Shown one piece after another: positions 1 through 12,980 of a stretch of 64,000 bases of DNA. The stretch comes from Octopus sinensis (Eukaryota). The DNA is taken from NCBI RefSeq assembly GCF_006345805.1, contig NC_043009.1:38812001-38876000 (forward strand), given 5' to 3'. A program made the position numbers and the translations under genes. Under the pieces are notes generated by a model, which ran no database searches, was not told the origin of the DNA, and saw only the letters and a program-made list of their open reading frames with translations. Position 1 is the stretch's first letter; each line of letters starts with the position of its first letter.

Positions 1-531
1 TGTGTGAGACACTGTGCTCGAATATGTGTCTGCATGTATACGTATAACGAAGAGGCAGCTTGGAAAACAATGAAAAAACAAAGAAAGATATGAAAACGCC
101 AAACTGATTGATAGAAAGGCAAAGAGGGAAAAGTTGATCACATGAAAAGAGGAGAATATTAAACAAACATAAGGTAATCTCTTTAAACATGTGTAAGCAA
201 CTATATATATGTCATAGACTCACAGGTAAATATTAATTGCGGTAGTATATACATAAACACAAAGTCGTAGACACACATACGCACACGCGCGCGCGTGCAC
301 ACACACACATACACACACACACACACAGAGTCACACAGATTCATGGCCACACGCACAAGTACGACACACAACAATGTGGTATCTTTTTGAGTGAATTTTT
401 CGTGAATTACGTAATGCATATACATAGATACATATATATATATGTATGTATGTATGTATATATATATGTATATATGTAAATGCACACATACATATGTGCA
501 TGTATGTATATATATATATATATATATATAC

Positions 532-562
<31 letters not shown>

Positions 563-1043
563 TGAACACATACACAGGTGTGTCATGTTTTCCGTTTCTT
601 GTCTTTTTATTTGATCCTGAAGAAAAAAAATTATATATATATATATATATAATAATAATATTAGGGAATAAATCCAAATTTACAGGGAAAAATTAGATTT
701 AGGATTAAATCAATTTATAGTATAAATATATTATATTATATTATATTAAATTAGAGATAAAACCAGTATTAGGCAAATTAAACAGTGAAAAACATAAGCC
801 AATACATAAAATTAATTCAAAAATATAAAAGTTAAAAATAAAAAATTATCTAAATAATTTAAACTTATAAATTTTATATATATATACGAATATATATATG
901 TATGTATATTTTTATATTTATATATTATTTTATTTAGTAATTAATTAATTAATTAATTTTTTTTTTTAAATACCAAAAGTGTTAAAAGTTTAATATATAT
1001 ATATATATATATATAATATATGCATATGTGTGTGTGTGTGTGT

Positions 1044-1472
1044 CTTTCATTCTTTTCCTTTACTTGTTTTGGTAAATTGTACGCGTCTACGCTGGAGCAA
1101 TGGCTTCAATAATTTTTGGTCGAACGAGTCGAATTCAGTGGTCTTTTCCCTTTTGAATTTGGTACTTGTCCTATTGCTCTCTTTTGCCAAAATGCTATGC
1201 AACGTGAACGTAATCACAACAACACCGGTCGTTAAACGACGGTGAGAGACAAGCATAGACACTAAGAAACACACACACGCACACTCACGGACGGAATACA
1301 CACACACTCAGACACACTAACACACATATACACACACAGAGAAACACACTCAGATTATGGGCTCCTTTTAGTTTCCACCAACTAAATACTCTCACAAGCA
1401 TTTGGCCATGAGACTGAACCAGGAACCATGTGGTTGGGAAGCAAGCATCTTACCGCACAGCCACACCTGTAC
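1044..1472 (-). mobile_element. SINE family A, degenerate near-full copy
   Basis: Colinear diverged match to the family A copies at 22381-22807 and 61997-62430: tail TTTACTTGTTT, internal (CA)n, head ...GGAACCATGTGGTTGGGAAGCAAGC...CACAGCCAC. Confidence 0.75.
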
Positions 1473-1657
1473 ATTGGTTGGTTGGATAGAGGTAAGGTGT
1501 CAATCAGTTTACAGTTACATGTAGGAAAGCATCATGGCGTTTGTTTATAAACTGAAGCAATAAATATACACATACATACACTCATATGTCATACACACAT
1601 ATACTCATAACACACACACACGCACAAACGCATATATGTGTATGTGTATGTGCTTGC

Positions 1658-2020
1658 GGAGATGCAATGGCCCAATGGTTAGGGCAGCGAACTCTCGGTC
1701 GTAGGATCACGGTTTCTATTCTCAGACTGGGCGTTGTGAGTGTTTATCGAGGGAAAACACCTAAAGTTCCACGAGGCTCCGGCAGGGAGTCTTGGCGAAC
1801 CCTGCTGTACTCTTTCACCACAACTTTCTCTCACACTTCCTGTTTCTGTTGTACCTGTATTTCAAATGGCCAGCCTTGTCACGCTGAATCTCTCCGAGAA
1901 CTACGTTAAGGGTACACCTGTCTGTGAAGTGCTCAGCCGCTTGCACGTTAATTTCACGAGCAGGCTGTTCCGTTCATCGGGTCAACTGGAACCCTCGTCG
2001 TCGTAACCGACGGAGTGTCA
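1658..2020 (+). mobile_element. tRNA-derived SINE family B (body B1 + tail X)
   Basis: tRNA-like head GCAATGGCCCAATGGTTAGGGCAGCG...GGTTTCTATTC with A/B-box-like motifs. Body is shared with 25738-26052, 28351-28658, 46216-46513 and 55141-55448. The tail ends in the stem-loop CGTCG-TAAC-CGACG. Confidence 0.9.
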
Positions 2021-2046
2021 CGATGTGCTTGTGTATGTGTATTGTT

Positions 2047-2230
2047 TTAGCTGTTACATGTTTCAGCCATTGATTAGTCTCTACCCATACTGGGACACCG
2101 TGTCAAAAAGTTGTAGTTGAATAAATCAACACAAGCACTAAGCCTGCTATTTATTCCATCGGTCTCTATAGTTGAACTGGTAAGTTAAGGGGACGCATTC
2201 TAACAATCGTCGTCAAAGTATGGTGTAGCA
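2047..2230 (-). mobile_element. SINE family A 3' half, highly degenerate
   Basis: Diverged match to the family A tail (TGTTTCAGCCATTGA...ATTCCATCGGTCTCT...GTAAGTTAAGGGGACG). Confidence 0.55.
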
Positions 2231-2259
2231 AATAGTCAAAAATACCTCCCCCAAATACC

Positions 2260-2512
2260 AACCTACCTATCTACCTACCTACCTACCTACCTACCTACCT
2301 ACATAGATACATACATATATACTTACCTACATACATACATACATACATACATACATACATACATACATACATGCATGCATGCATGCATACATGCATACAT
2401 ACATACATGCATACATGCATACATACATGCATACATACATACATACATACATGCATACATGCATACATACATACATACATACATACATACATACATACAT
2501 ACATACATACAT
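2260..2512. repeat. Compound (CTAC)n/(ATAC)n/(ATGC)n microsatellite
   Basis: Directly visible tetranucleotide arrays. Confidence 0.95.
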
Positions 2513-2706
2513 AGGCGCAGGAGTGGCTGTGTGGCAACTAGCTTGCTTACCAACCACATGGTTCTGGTTCAGTCACACTGCGGGGCACCTTGGGCAAGTG
2601 TCTCCTACTATAGCCTCGAGCCGACCAAAGCCTTGTGAGTGGATTTCATAGACGGAAACTGAAAGAAGCCCGTCGTATATATGTATGCATTAAAACAAGT
2701 AAAAGA
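2513..2706 (+). mobile_element. SINE family A, 5' half with internal deletion
   Basis: AGGCGCAGGAGTGGCTGTGTGG head through GAAAGAAGCCCGTCGTATAT, then a direct jump to the terminal AAACAAGTAAAAGA. Confidence 0.9.
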
Positions 2707-2774
2707 TACATACATACATATATGTGTATATGTATAGAAGTATAAATGCATATATATATATTACCATATTTTAG

Positions 2775-2908
2775 CCTCGCACATTCTCACGAGGCATTGG
2801 ATGGCCCGAGGCTCCAGGACTCCAGGAGAGGAAACATGTCAACAGTGTGGGACTGAACCCGAAACCACAAGGTTGTAAAGTTAGCATATAAATCACACAG
2901 CCATGCTC
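2775..2908 (-). mobile_element. SINE family A head, degenerate
   Basis: GTGGGACTGAACCCGAAACCAC...CACACAGCCA matches the reverse complement of the family A head. Confidence 0.6.
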
Positions 2909-3028
2909 AGTTGGTTGCTCCACCAGAATTATGCTGAGATGTATGTATGTATGTATGTATGTATGTATGTATGTATGTATGTATGTATGTATACATGTAT
3001 GTATGCACACACACACACCACACACACA

Positions 3029-3072
<44 letters not shown>

Positions 3073-3769
3073 GTATATATATGTACGTATGTATATGTGT
3101 ATGTATATATATATATGTGTGTGTGTGTGCATGTATGTATATATGTATATATATATTTATATAATTTATGCGTGTATATATACTTATATTTTTGTACATA
3201 TGTACATGTATGTACATACGCATGTATGTATGTGTGTGTGTGTATGTATGTACCCTCACAAACACACACACACACACACATATATATGCATATAGACATA
3301 CACATATGTACCCGCACCTGTATACAAGAACATATGCAGAATCGCAGTAAAACGTACACACTTAGATACAAAGACAATCTCCCCACCTCTCTTTCTCTTT
3401 CACACCCACACACCCACACACCCCAAAACACACACACACACATAAACACACACACAACACACGCACACATACACACACACACACAGAACACGTATGTATA
3501 TGAATATATATACAGACACATCTGTGTGTCTGTATAAATGAATGATTATTTACATATGTGCCTCGGCTTATTTAGCAGTCGATATATGTAATAAATATAG
3601 GCAATTAGGAACCTCTTATTTTCAAGTGCTGCACCATAAAAGACAAGATATCAGAACTGCATAATTACACCTAAATACATAGTTGATGTTATAAACTGGT
3701 CTAGTTTAACGGATGAAATTGGTTCATTAGCGGTGAAAAACGTCTCCTGATCAACAGAACACTCATGTC

Positions 3770-4302
3770 CCAAAACCACCACTACCACCTCCAACATCAA
3801 CACCGCCATCACCGCCCTCATTACCATAACAAATGCCAATAACACCAGCGCTACTAACTGCAGGAATGGCAATTCTATACCCTAACACTGCCGCCAAATT
3901 TTATTGTGGTTGTGATTGTCGTTCTTTAGCTTCTACGGCGGCGGCTGTCTGTTCCCCCACCTCCGTTGCTTTCTGAATTCCGTCACGTCACCTCCTACGT
4001 ACGCGTATAAGATTGTGAGGTCTGTCACGACGAGTACTAAACTCCATCACCCGTATTATGTTAAACACTACACCATCCTTCGCACAACAACAACAACAAC
4101 ATCAACAACAAGTACTACTGCTGAGGCTACCATCGCCACCACCGCTCGATAACAATAGGAACCCCCGTTCAGTGTACAATTGGAATCAAATACCTCAGTG
4201 GTCGTCACCATCAGCACGACAATAATTCCTTCACTTCCATCACCAACGCCAATTTTCGCTGAAGCCGCCGCCGCTGCAGCCACCATCCCTACCACCACCA
4301 CC

Positions 4303-4336
<34 letters not shown>

Positions 4337-4935
4337 TCATCATCGTCACTACAACCCCCAACATCACCACACCACTACTGCCACCATCTCCTTACCACCA
4401 TCTCCTTACCACCACCACCACCTCCACCATCACCACACCATCACCACAACCACCACTATCATCATCATCACCACTACAACCACAATCACCACACCACTAC
4501 TGCCACCCAAACCCTTACCAAAACCACCTCCCCTACCACCGCCTCCACCACCACCACCACCACCACTATCACTACCATCGCCGCCCGCCGCCACCACCAC
4601 TATTATCCACAGCTTCAATCACCACCGTCACCAATACCCTCATCCCCAGCAAGCAACTCCACAATCAGTAGCAGCTGTAGAACCGCCGACAGCGTTGCCA
4701 TCAGCATTTCTGTCACAACCACCACCACCAACACCACCATCACCATTACCACTACTATCAGCACCACCACCACCAGCAGCGCCAACATGACCAGCATCAT
4801 AAACAACCATCATTACCACCATCACTATCATCTTCGACATCAGCACCATCATCATTATTATCAACTCCTCCAGCGCACCCTAATCATCACCATCTCCTCC
4901 CCTCACTCCCATCGCATAATACCATCACCACCAGC
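3770..4935. repeat. ~1.1 kb degenerate trinucleotide low-complexity tract (CAC/CAT/CAA/ACC)
   Basis: Runs of ACC, CAT and CAA triplets. The overlapping ORFs are poly-T/H/I/P/V only. Confidence 0.9.
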
Positions 4936-5700
4936 TAAGTAGCCATTTCGAGGTTTAGAAGCAGAAATCACATATTTTCCCATTAACAATTCAACTCGAA
5001 GGTTTTTTTCAATTTTCTTATATTTGTTGCATAGTTTTTATTTTTTTTTTATTTTGTGAGTAAATGCTCTTTTTTCTTCTTCTTGTTTTTCTACTGTAAA
5101 AAAGGAGAAGAAAAAAAATGCAAAACACGGAACACTCGCTTATGATTATAGCAGCTTTTTAAAGGAAATTGCATTAAGGTTTTGACATGCTGAATTTGAA
5201 GGAGATTTCTATTATCTTGCATATATTCTCATTAGAATGTATTAAACTACACATGAAAATAACCATTAACTTTCCCAAAGGGCGGCTGATTAGACATGAA
5301 AAATAACAGACTGAGTGTGAAATACAAAAATTGGAAGAGGGGAAAATGGTTGAGGGAAGTGAAATTATTGTCCACCCTATTTCACGTATGTGTGTGATTG
5401 TATTTTTTTTCAAGGTGTAAAGTGCTTCTCTTTATGTGTGTATGCATGTGTGAAAGGGAGGGAGAATACGTGTGAGGGAGAGGGAGAGGGAGGAGTGAGA
5501 GAAGGAAAGCTGAAGAGGGACTGAGAGAGAGAGAGAGAGAGTATGTCAAAGAATTTGAAATTATTTCAGCGAAAGTGCTAACAAAACAACTCAACACTTG
5601 CTACTCAGCCTAACATATTTCCCGTCGTAGACATCACACATATTCGTGCGAGAGGTGGTAGTGATTTATATAAGATGTATGTACGACAATCGCTCAATAT

Positions 5701-5995
5701 CGACCAAAGCGTTGTGAGTGGATTTGGTGAACGGAAACTGTAAGAAGACCGTTATACTCTATGTGTAACCTATGAGTGTGCGTGTGTGTGTATGTGCTTG
5801 TCGTTCTGCATGTGCTTTTACCTTACCATCACCTGACAATCGGTGTTGGTTTTTCCCCTCGTAAGCTTCCAGTTCGGGGGAAAAGAGGCCGCTAGAATAA
5901 GTGCCAGATTTAAAATACAAGTAGTGAAGTCGATTTGGTTGACTAAGCCCTTCAAGGTGGTGCCCCAGCATGATCCAGTCCAATGACTAAAACAG
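5701..5995 (+). mobile_element. SINE family A, 5'-truncated degenerate copy
   Basis: CGACCAAAGCGTTGTGAGTGGATTTGG...GTGGTGCCCCAGCATG...CAGTCCAATGACTAAAACA. Confidence 0.8.
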
Positions 5996-6004
5996 TATGT
6001 TAAA

Positions 6005-6044
<40 letters not shown>

Positions 6045-6046
<2 letters not shown>

Positions 6047-6440
6047 ACTCGTCCTGTCGAGAGACCCTTGTCCTACGTCCTGGTTTTGTTTTCATCCTTA
6101 CCATTATTGTTTTTACGTTTTTGTATTCTTATTCGTGCTTTCCTTATTGTTTTCACGTATTTTTGTATTTTTATTCGTGTACATCGTCCGTTTTCCGTCC
6201 TTGTGTTGTATACATTCGAAGCTTTCTTCCAAGGGATCTAATGCGCTTGGCTTAGATTTCCCTTGGGGGCTGCCCAGGTCGGAGCAATCTCAAGATTAAT
6301 CAGCCGAAATTGCGAAAATGATCCGGTTCTTGACTGATGACTGAGGGCTTCGAATGTCCCGTCCTGTGGTTCTTGTGTCGTCTTCTAGGTGTTTCACGTT
6401 CTTGTCCCAGGTTGTATATATTTTTTACTTTTTACATATA
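6045..6440. mobile_element. Dispersed repeat P1 between (TA)n tracts, possibly a Penelope-like terminal repeat
   Basis: 6290-6420 matches the reverse complement of 41775-41920. Both copies lie between TA microsatellites and contain CTGATGA. The Penelope assignment is inference. Confidence 0.55.
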
Positions 6441-6473
6441 TATTTATATATATGTATATATGGCGTTCCTTCG

Positions 6474-6773
6474 TTTTAACTCGAGAAAACTATAACAAGC
6501 TGTCGGTTGTTTCCGTGACAACTTGACAATTCACTTCAGATATCTTCGTGATCTCCGTGACAGTGTGCATGTTCTGTTTTTATGTATTTATGTGTTATGG
6601 AATATAGATATAACGAAATTATGCCAGCAAAAAGCCTTGCATATTTGTTCTTATCTGCTTCATGTGTGTACGTAAAATCCGCAAATTTTCGGAGGTCACG
6701 AAGATATCCGAAGTGAATTGTCGAGTTATCACGGAAAAAACCGACAGCTTGTTATGGTTTTGTCGAGTTTGAA
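6474..6773. mobile_element. ~300 bp foldback element/MITE with ~84 bp terminal inverted repeats
   Basis: The left arm 6474-6557 (AACTCGAGAAAACTATAACAAGCTGTCGG...GATATCTTCGTGATCTCCG) is the near-perfect reverse complement of 6690-6773. Confidence 0.8.
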
Positions 6774-6993
6774 TTGGAATTGCGATATGTAATATTGGAA
6801 CTCAATGTGCACTTGTCCTCCCACGGAGACGGTTGGTATCTAATTCGATTATTACGTGTCGGCAGCGATTTCACTGAGGGGCGAAACTTCGAGGTATGGA
6901 ATTAACTGCTTTTTTTTTTCCTTTCATTTGTCTTGCTCACAAACATCTACCGCATTTGAGAACAATTTGAGAACACATTTTTCGTGGTAGGAT

Positions 6994-7341
6994 AGGCGCA
7001 GGAGTGGCTGTGTGGTAAGTAGCTTGCTTATCAACCACATGGTCTCGGGATCATTCCCACTGCGTAGTATCTTGGGTAAGTGTCTTCTACTATAGCCTCG
7101 GGCCAACCAAAGCCTTGTGAGTGGATATGTATGTATGTGTGGGTGGGTGGGTGTATATGTTTGTGAGTCTGTGTTTGTCCGCCCAACATCGGCTTGACAA
7201 CCGATGCTGGTGTGTTTTTATCCCCGTAACATAGCGGTTCGGCAAAAGATTCCGATAGAATAAGTACTAGGCTTACAAAGACTAAGTCCTGGGGTCGATT
7301 TGCTTGACTAAAGGCGGTGCTTCAGCATGGCCATAGTCAAA
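6994..7341 (+). mobile_element. SINE family A, near-full copy
   Basis: Head AGGCGCAGGAGTGGCTGTGTGGTAAG, internal (TATG)/(GGGT) tract, tail GGCGGTGCTTCAGCATGGCCATAGTCAA. Confidence 0.92.
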
Positions 7342-7706
7342 CATCATGTATGTCATACATCATGTATGTAACAACCAACTAACATCAACATATATCACGT
7401 GTAGTAATAATTCCAGAAGGTATGTTAAGAGGTCTTTCTACAACAATGTTTAATTTTCATTAATGCGTTCCATTAGAGGCACAAACCCATTTTGTTCACT
7501 AACGTGCGTCGCACTGTGTTCGAACTTAAGATATTTTGATAGTGAGCTAAGAAAGTATCGTCCGTTAAAAATATAAGCTTGGTCATCCAGTAAATCGGTA
7601 TCGATAACGGAAATGCCAAACTAATTATTAGGATCGATAGAAATGAATTAAAAGCTATCGACCTGTGGCAGCAGGCCAATGACTGACACCAACCAGAGAA
7701 TAAAGA

Positions 7707-7710
<4 letters not shown>

Positions 7711-7739
<29 letters not shown>

Positions 7740-7947
7740 TGTATGTATGTATGTATGTATGTATGTATGTATGTAGTATGTATGTATGTAGTATGTATGT
7801 ATGTATGTATGTATGTATTTATGTAAGTATGTATGTATGTATGTATGTATGTAAGTATGTATGTATGTATGTATGTATGTATGTATGTATGTATGTATTT
7901 ATGTACGTACGTATATATGAGTGTGTCCTTCCATCTGCCTTGTCTCT

Positions 7948-7991
<44 letters not shown>

Positions 7992-8069
7992 TTATCTATC
8001 TATCTATCTTTCTATCTACCTATCTATCAATACATACATATATACATATATACATATATACATATATAC

Positions 8070-8103
<34 letters not shown>

Positions 8104-8165
8104 CATACGTATGATATATGATATATCATACATCATATATATATATATATATTTACGTGTACATA
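7711..8165. repeat. Compound (TATG)n/(TATC)n/(TA)n microsatellite
   Basis: Directly visible. Confidence 0.95.
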
Positions 8166-9198
8166 CATAATTCTTATGGCATCAACGATAGATATACATG
8201 CATATTTATGTTTGAGTGTGTACATAAATAATGTATTTCTCTATTATGTAGTTAACACAGGTTATGCAGTTCATTCATTCAAAGCTGACTGTTCCCTCTG
8301 TCGTTCTTTCAACTTTCGCGTTTTGTTTCGTGGCAATTGAATATCAAATTTAAATTTTCAACCTCTGAATCATCTCAAAATTTCCGTTCAATCGCCTATA
8401 AATCTGTTACGTTTGTGTGACGTAGTAAGCCATTTTATACAATTAGTTGCAAGTATAACGCACTGGTTGCGCGCGGACAGCTTTCAGGTTTTGGCTGCTT
8501 GGTAGATAAGATATTACTTTTACAAATACTGCCAATATAGTATTAACCACTGTTCTCTTTCTTCTGCTTGCTCAATCATATAAAAAACAAAAAACTAGGG
8601 AAGATGCTTCTTATCACGTCTACATTTTTAGACGATTTCTTATTCATAAAAAAAAATTGCTTAATATCGTGTCTATATTTTCAGACGACTTTCTAGTTCA
8701 TCATTTACGAGGTGGAATTTGTAAGCACACGAAAATTTTCAGCTAGGCAAAGTAAGCATTTTAAAAGGCCGTATGCGTATATAATACGGATATGTAGAGC
8801 AGGCGTTTTTATATCGGCTTGCGTAAAATGCTGCATTTAAGGGAATATAAAGAATATACTGTGTCCATATTTATCTCGTTTTCATTTAAATTTCGAATAT
8901 TATAAAGAATTGGCGTCTTGTAATTATTGATCTAAATGAGTCAGTACATTAACTATGCATACACTTAAAAGCGTTTCAGTGAGAATGATGGTATTATTCT
9001 CATAGCCACCGCTAACGAACCATGTATACGCGCAGTGCATTGAACTTTATTAACATAATAGGAGGAGGAGATGCGGAAAGCATCCATACTCCTTCATCAC
9101 TAGGAAACATAACGCTGAAACGTAGGAAACATAATGCTGAAATATACTCCATAATATAACCCCTGGTCAAATAGCTGACATCAGAATATATATATTTA

Positions 9199-10436
9199 TA
9201 TGAGAATGTGCTGAAAAGTTCATAGGCTGACTATGAAGGAGCGATGCTAGAGCTGTGAAATCTTGCGTGTATTAATTTCAACCGTTTTTATTTATTTCTG
9301 CATTGTTCTTTCCAATGAACTGACATCTGACTACAAAGAAGACCACTTAAAATTCAACAAAGTTTGGCATCGTAATATTATCAAGTAACTGTCAAAAAAA
9401 AAAGGGTTTAGCCTGAAAGAACATTTATGCTGACGCGCTTGCTACAATAGGGAATGACGCTCTAGCTTTATCAACGGTGTAAAAGCGAGCAGGTGAACTT
9501 AGGAGGGAAAGAAAAGTCTTCTAGATGATCCAAGGTCTCGATTGTATTCACCACATCGAGATGGATGATAGGTGACTGACTATAAATCAAACAAGCAAAT
9601 ACTACTAGCATATTTTGGAGAGGGTTGAGAATATTTTACACAATGTACATGGTATATCAAAGGTTTCTGTTCGGCGGGTACCACATCATCTAACACCTGA
9701 TCAAAAGTTCACAAGTCTGATCACATCATTGGAAAATCTGGCATTGTTTGGGGCAGATCCAGTTGGTTTCTTTGAGCGTTGTCCTAACCCAAGACGAGCG
9801 TTGCGTTCATTACTTTGAGCCAAAGTCAAAGCGCTAATCTATGCAGTGAAAACAACACCCTCACTTGTTGCAAAGAAAGTCATGGTCATTTCATGTGCAG
9901 GGAAGGTGAAGGCCTCAATTTTTTGTGGATGCAAAAAGCATTGTGTTTATTGGCTATCTTCAAAAGGGCCAGCCATCAGCGAAGAGTACTATGCGAAATT
10001 GCTGGAGTAGTTACGAAAGGCTTTGAAGAGTAAACGGTTGGGGAAACTGACGAAAGGGGTCTTGTGTCATCAGAGCAGTGCTTCAGTAACCAAGTAGTTG
10101 GTTTCAATGCCTGCGGTGCGTGTCTGTGGCTTTGAACTTTATCGATCACCCTTCCTTTTCTCCTGATTTGGCCTCATCTATCGTCTATTCTTCAACGTGA
10201 ATAAACACTTGGCTAAAAACAAGTATCGTAGTGATGAAGTAGTCATATCTGCTGCTGATTACTTTTTTGACTAACAAGATGAAAGCTTCTTTCCCGATGG
10301 GACCCAAGAACTACTTAATCGAAGAATTGTGTAGATCACAATGGTTGGGGGCTATGTTGAAAAATAAACATTATTTGGTCATATTCTAAGAGAATACCTT
10401 GGTCAGCCTATGACCTTATCAGACGAACCTCTTGTA
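9199..10436 (+). mobile_element. Mariner (Tc1/mariner) DNA transposon, near full length, pseudogenised transposase
   Basis: Degenerate TIRs: CTGAAAAGTTCATAGGCTGAC at ~9211 and the reverse complement CTGATAAGGTCATAGGCTGAC at ~10402, with TA flanks. Frameshifted transposase pieces are SVRRVPHHLTPDQK (WVPxxL motif), HPSFSPDLA (YSPDL motif) and a terminal ...GYVEK*. Confidence 0.92.
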
Positions 10437-10636
10437 TGTGCGTGTGCGTCTGTGCGTGTCTCTGTGTGTACACACCTACATATATGTATACACATGTGTA
10501 TGTATATATATATATATATATATAATATATATATATATAGCGTCCAATAACACTATACTTGTTCCACGTCCTCGGGTTGTTGTGTTTTCTCTTTGTTCAT
10601 GTTTGGATTAACTATATATATATATATATTTAAATA

Positions 10637-10703
<67 letters not shown>

Positions 10704-10722
10704 ATGTATCTCTCTCCCTCAA

Positions 10723-10759
<37 letters not shown>

Positions 10760-11214
10760 AAATACAATTCGTCGATGAGAAAGTGAAACACATGTATTGC
10801 ATTATAAATGTTATATCGATGTAGCATACAAGACGTTGCTCTAGTCTGAACTGACCGAAAGAGTTAAAACGAAAGAAACAAAAAAAAGCCAATGTAGAAA
10901 AGGCGCTTTAGCAGCAGGAAATATTGAAATAATTAAGTTCTCACTGATATCATAAAATAATGGCATAGACGTCAGTCGGTGTATCTTGAGGGCAATATGC
11001 GATAGACATCATAGATAAAGCTCAAATAAACCATTATAGCTTTTTGATATAGCTTGCTTGGAGAATATTGAAATAGACTAAACTTAAACAATATAGAAGA
11101 ATATTACATTTTACATTTTATCTTTATATAGAAGACAGCTTTCTGATGGGAATACTGTATAGTATAAAGAATACTCTACGGGTTAAAAATAAATTAATGG
11201 ATGAGAACGCTGAT

Positions 11215-11530
11215 CTAGAAGAATCGTTAGTATGACGAGCATAATGCTTAGAGGCGTTACGTTTTGAGTTCAAAATCCGTCGAGGTCAACTTTGCTTTCC
11301 TTTCCTCCGGGAGGTGTGGTAGGTTTGTACCAGTTAAGCACTAAGGTCAATGTAATTGACTTGCTCTTCCCCTGTAAAATTACTGACCCTGCAACAAAAT
11401 TAGAAAACAATGTTGTTATCACAATTTTATTATTCAGTCCAGGTCGACTTTGACTTTCATCCTATCGAGGTCAATCAAATAAGTATCAGTCGGGCACTGG
11501 TATCGGTGTAATTGACTAACGCCACTCCCA
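11215..11530 (+). mobile_element. Two degenerate SINE family C fragments
   Basis: GTTTTGAGTTCAAAATCCGTCGAGGTCAACTTTGC and AGGTCGACTTTGACTTTCATCCT match the family C core at 40070-40150. Confidence 0.65.
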
Positions 11531-11570
11531 TACAGTTTTTATAATAGGAATAATAATAATTATTATTGTT

Positions 11571-11664
11571 ATTGAGTGAGAGAGAGCAACGCATACCATC
11601 AAAGTGACACCGGGTACAAATATGTGAATCCCACGATACGCATCATGACCACCTTTCAACTCTG
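11571..11664. mobile_element. Repeat family D, truncated copy abutting a (TTA)n run
   Basis: ATTGAGTGAGAGAGAGCAACGCATACCATCAAAGTGACAC... is a diverged duplicate of 12046-12135. Confidence 0.75.
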
Positions 11665-11737
11665 TTTCCATTTCTTACAGAATGTCTTCTCGAAACACAT
11701 GGTAAAGAAACTCGCTGTATATATTGGTAAATTATTA

Positions 11738-11749
11738 TCATCATCATCA

Positions 11750-11846
<97 letters not shown>

Positions 11847-11994
11847 TACTATTACTATTATTATTATTATTATTATTGTTATTGTTGTTGTTGTTGTTGT
11901 TGTTGTTATTATTATTATTGTTATTCTTCTTCTTCTTCTTCTTCTTATTATTATTATTATTATTATAATCATCATCATCATCATCATCATCATC

Positions 11995-12048
<54 letters not shown>
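11738..12048. repeat. Compound trinucleotide array (TCA)(TTA)(CTA)(TTG)(TTC)(TTA)(TCA)(TTA)
   Basis: Directly visible; the register is kept across the motif switches. Confidence 0.97.
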
Positions 12049-12600
12049 GAGTGAGAGAGCAGTGCATGCCTTCAAAGTGACACTGGGGTTCAAATATATG
12101 AATCCCACTATACCCATCATGGCTACTCGTCTGATAAAGATACACCAGAAACATGCATCACAACCATACGTGCGTGACATGGTGATCTCACATCAAGATA
12201 AACATCGCATGACCTTGTAAGTGGGACCCGGTTTAAACTTTCTGCAGGTCGAGTAGCCCATCCTGCTCAAAAGTCCCAGAATAAGGTTTGTTTAAGGATG
12301 ATGAACGAAACACCAATGTTTCCCGGGAGAACTATCCAAACCCTCAAAGAATTCCTCTCAACACATGGATATGACGCTCCCCTACTACACCTGGTAGTGA
12401 TCAGAGATGCGCATATCGTCAGCCACTAAAGGACATGCGCCACTGATTAAATTCAAGCAACTGACAAATAAATCTGTGGTATTGAGCAGAATATTTGCTG
12501 TAGCCCAGCTTTATACCAAGACAAAATATGTACATTATAACTCTTACAATCAGTTAAGATCAAAATCCATGACAGCCAATGCCTGGCACTGCATCAGGGC
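12046..12600. mobile_element. Repeat family D, ~555 bp non-coding element embedded between (TTA)n and (TTC)n arrays
   Basis: Complex block with sharp ends inside trinucleotide arrays. Its first ~90 bp are duplicated at 11571. No ORF. Confidence 0.7.
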
Positions 12601-12847
12601 TTCTTCTTCTTCTTCTTCTTCTTCTTCTTTTCTTCTTCTTCTTCTTCTTCTTCTTCTTCTTCTTCTTCTTCTTCTTCTTTCTTCTTCTTCTTCTTCTCTT
12701 CTTCTTCTTCTTCTTCTTCTTCTTCTTCTTCTTCGTCTTCTTCTTCTTCTTCTTCTTTCTTCTTCTTCTTCTTCTTCTTCTTCTTCTTCTTCTTCTTCTT
12801 CTTCTTCTTCTTCTTCTTCTTCTTCTTCTTCTTCTTCTTCTTCTTTT
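12600..12847. repeat. (TTC)n/(GAA)n polypurine-polypyrimidine tract, ~250 bp
   Basis: Directly visible. Confidence 0.97.
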
Positions 12848-12865
12848 CACTATTATTATTATTAC

Positions 12866-12980
12866 TAAAACGGTGAGTTGGCAAAATCTTTCGCTCGCTG
12901 GACGAAATGCCCAGCGGTGTTTCGCCCGTCGCTACGCTCTGAGTTCAAATTCCGCCGAGGTCAACTTTGCCTTTCATCCT
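12866..12980 (+). mobile_element. SINE family C 5' fragment
   Basis: CGGTGAGTTGGCAAAATC...GAGTTCAAATTCCGCCGAGGTCAACTTTGCCTTTCATCCT matches 39948-40110 and the reverse complement of 22090-22180. Confidence 0.85.

Noticed and set aside
1658-1735. tRNA-like sequences at SINE B heads (also 28351, 46440, 55375)
   Set aside because: Each continues into a SINE body and lacks a complete cloverleaf, so these are SINE heads, not tRNA genes.
4068-4864. His/Pro/Thr-rich ORFs up to 163 aa
   Set aside because: Degenerate CAC/CAT repeats are open on both strands; no splice or domain support.
6860-6895. CTGAGGGGCGAAAC
   Set aside because: Lacks A9, helix II and helix I.
8685-8720. 36-nt micro-exon candidate (TTTTCAG|...|GTAAGC)
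   Set aside because: Isolated, weak exon-side donor, no recognisable peptide.
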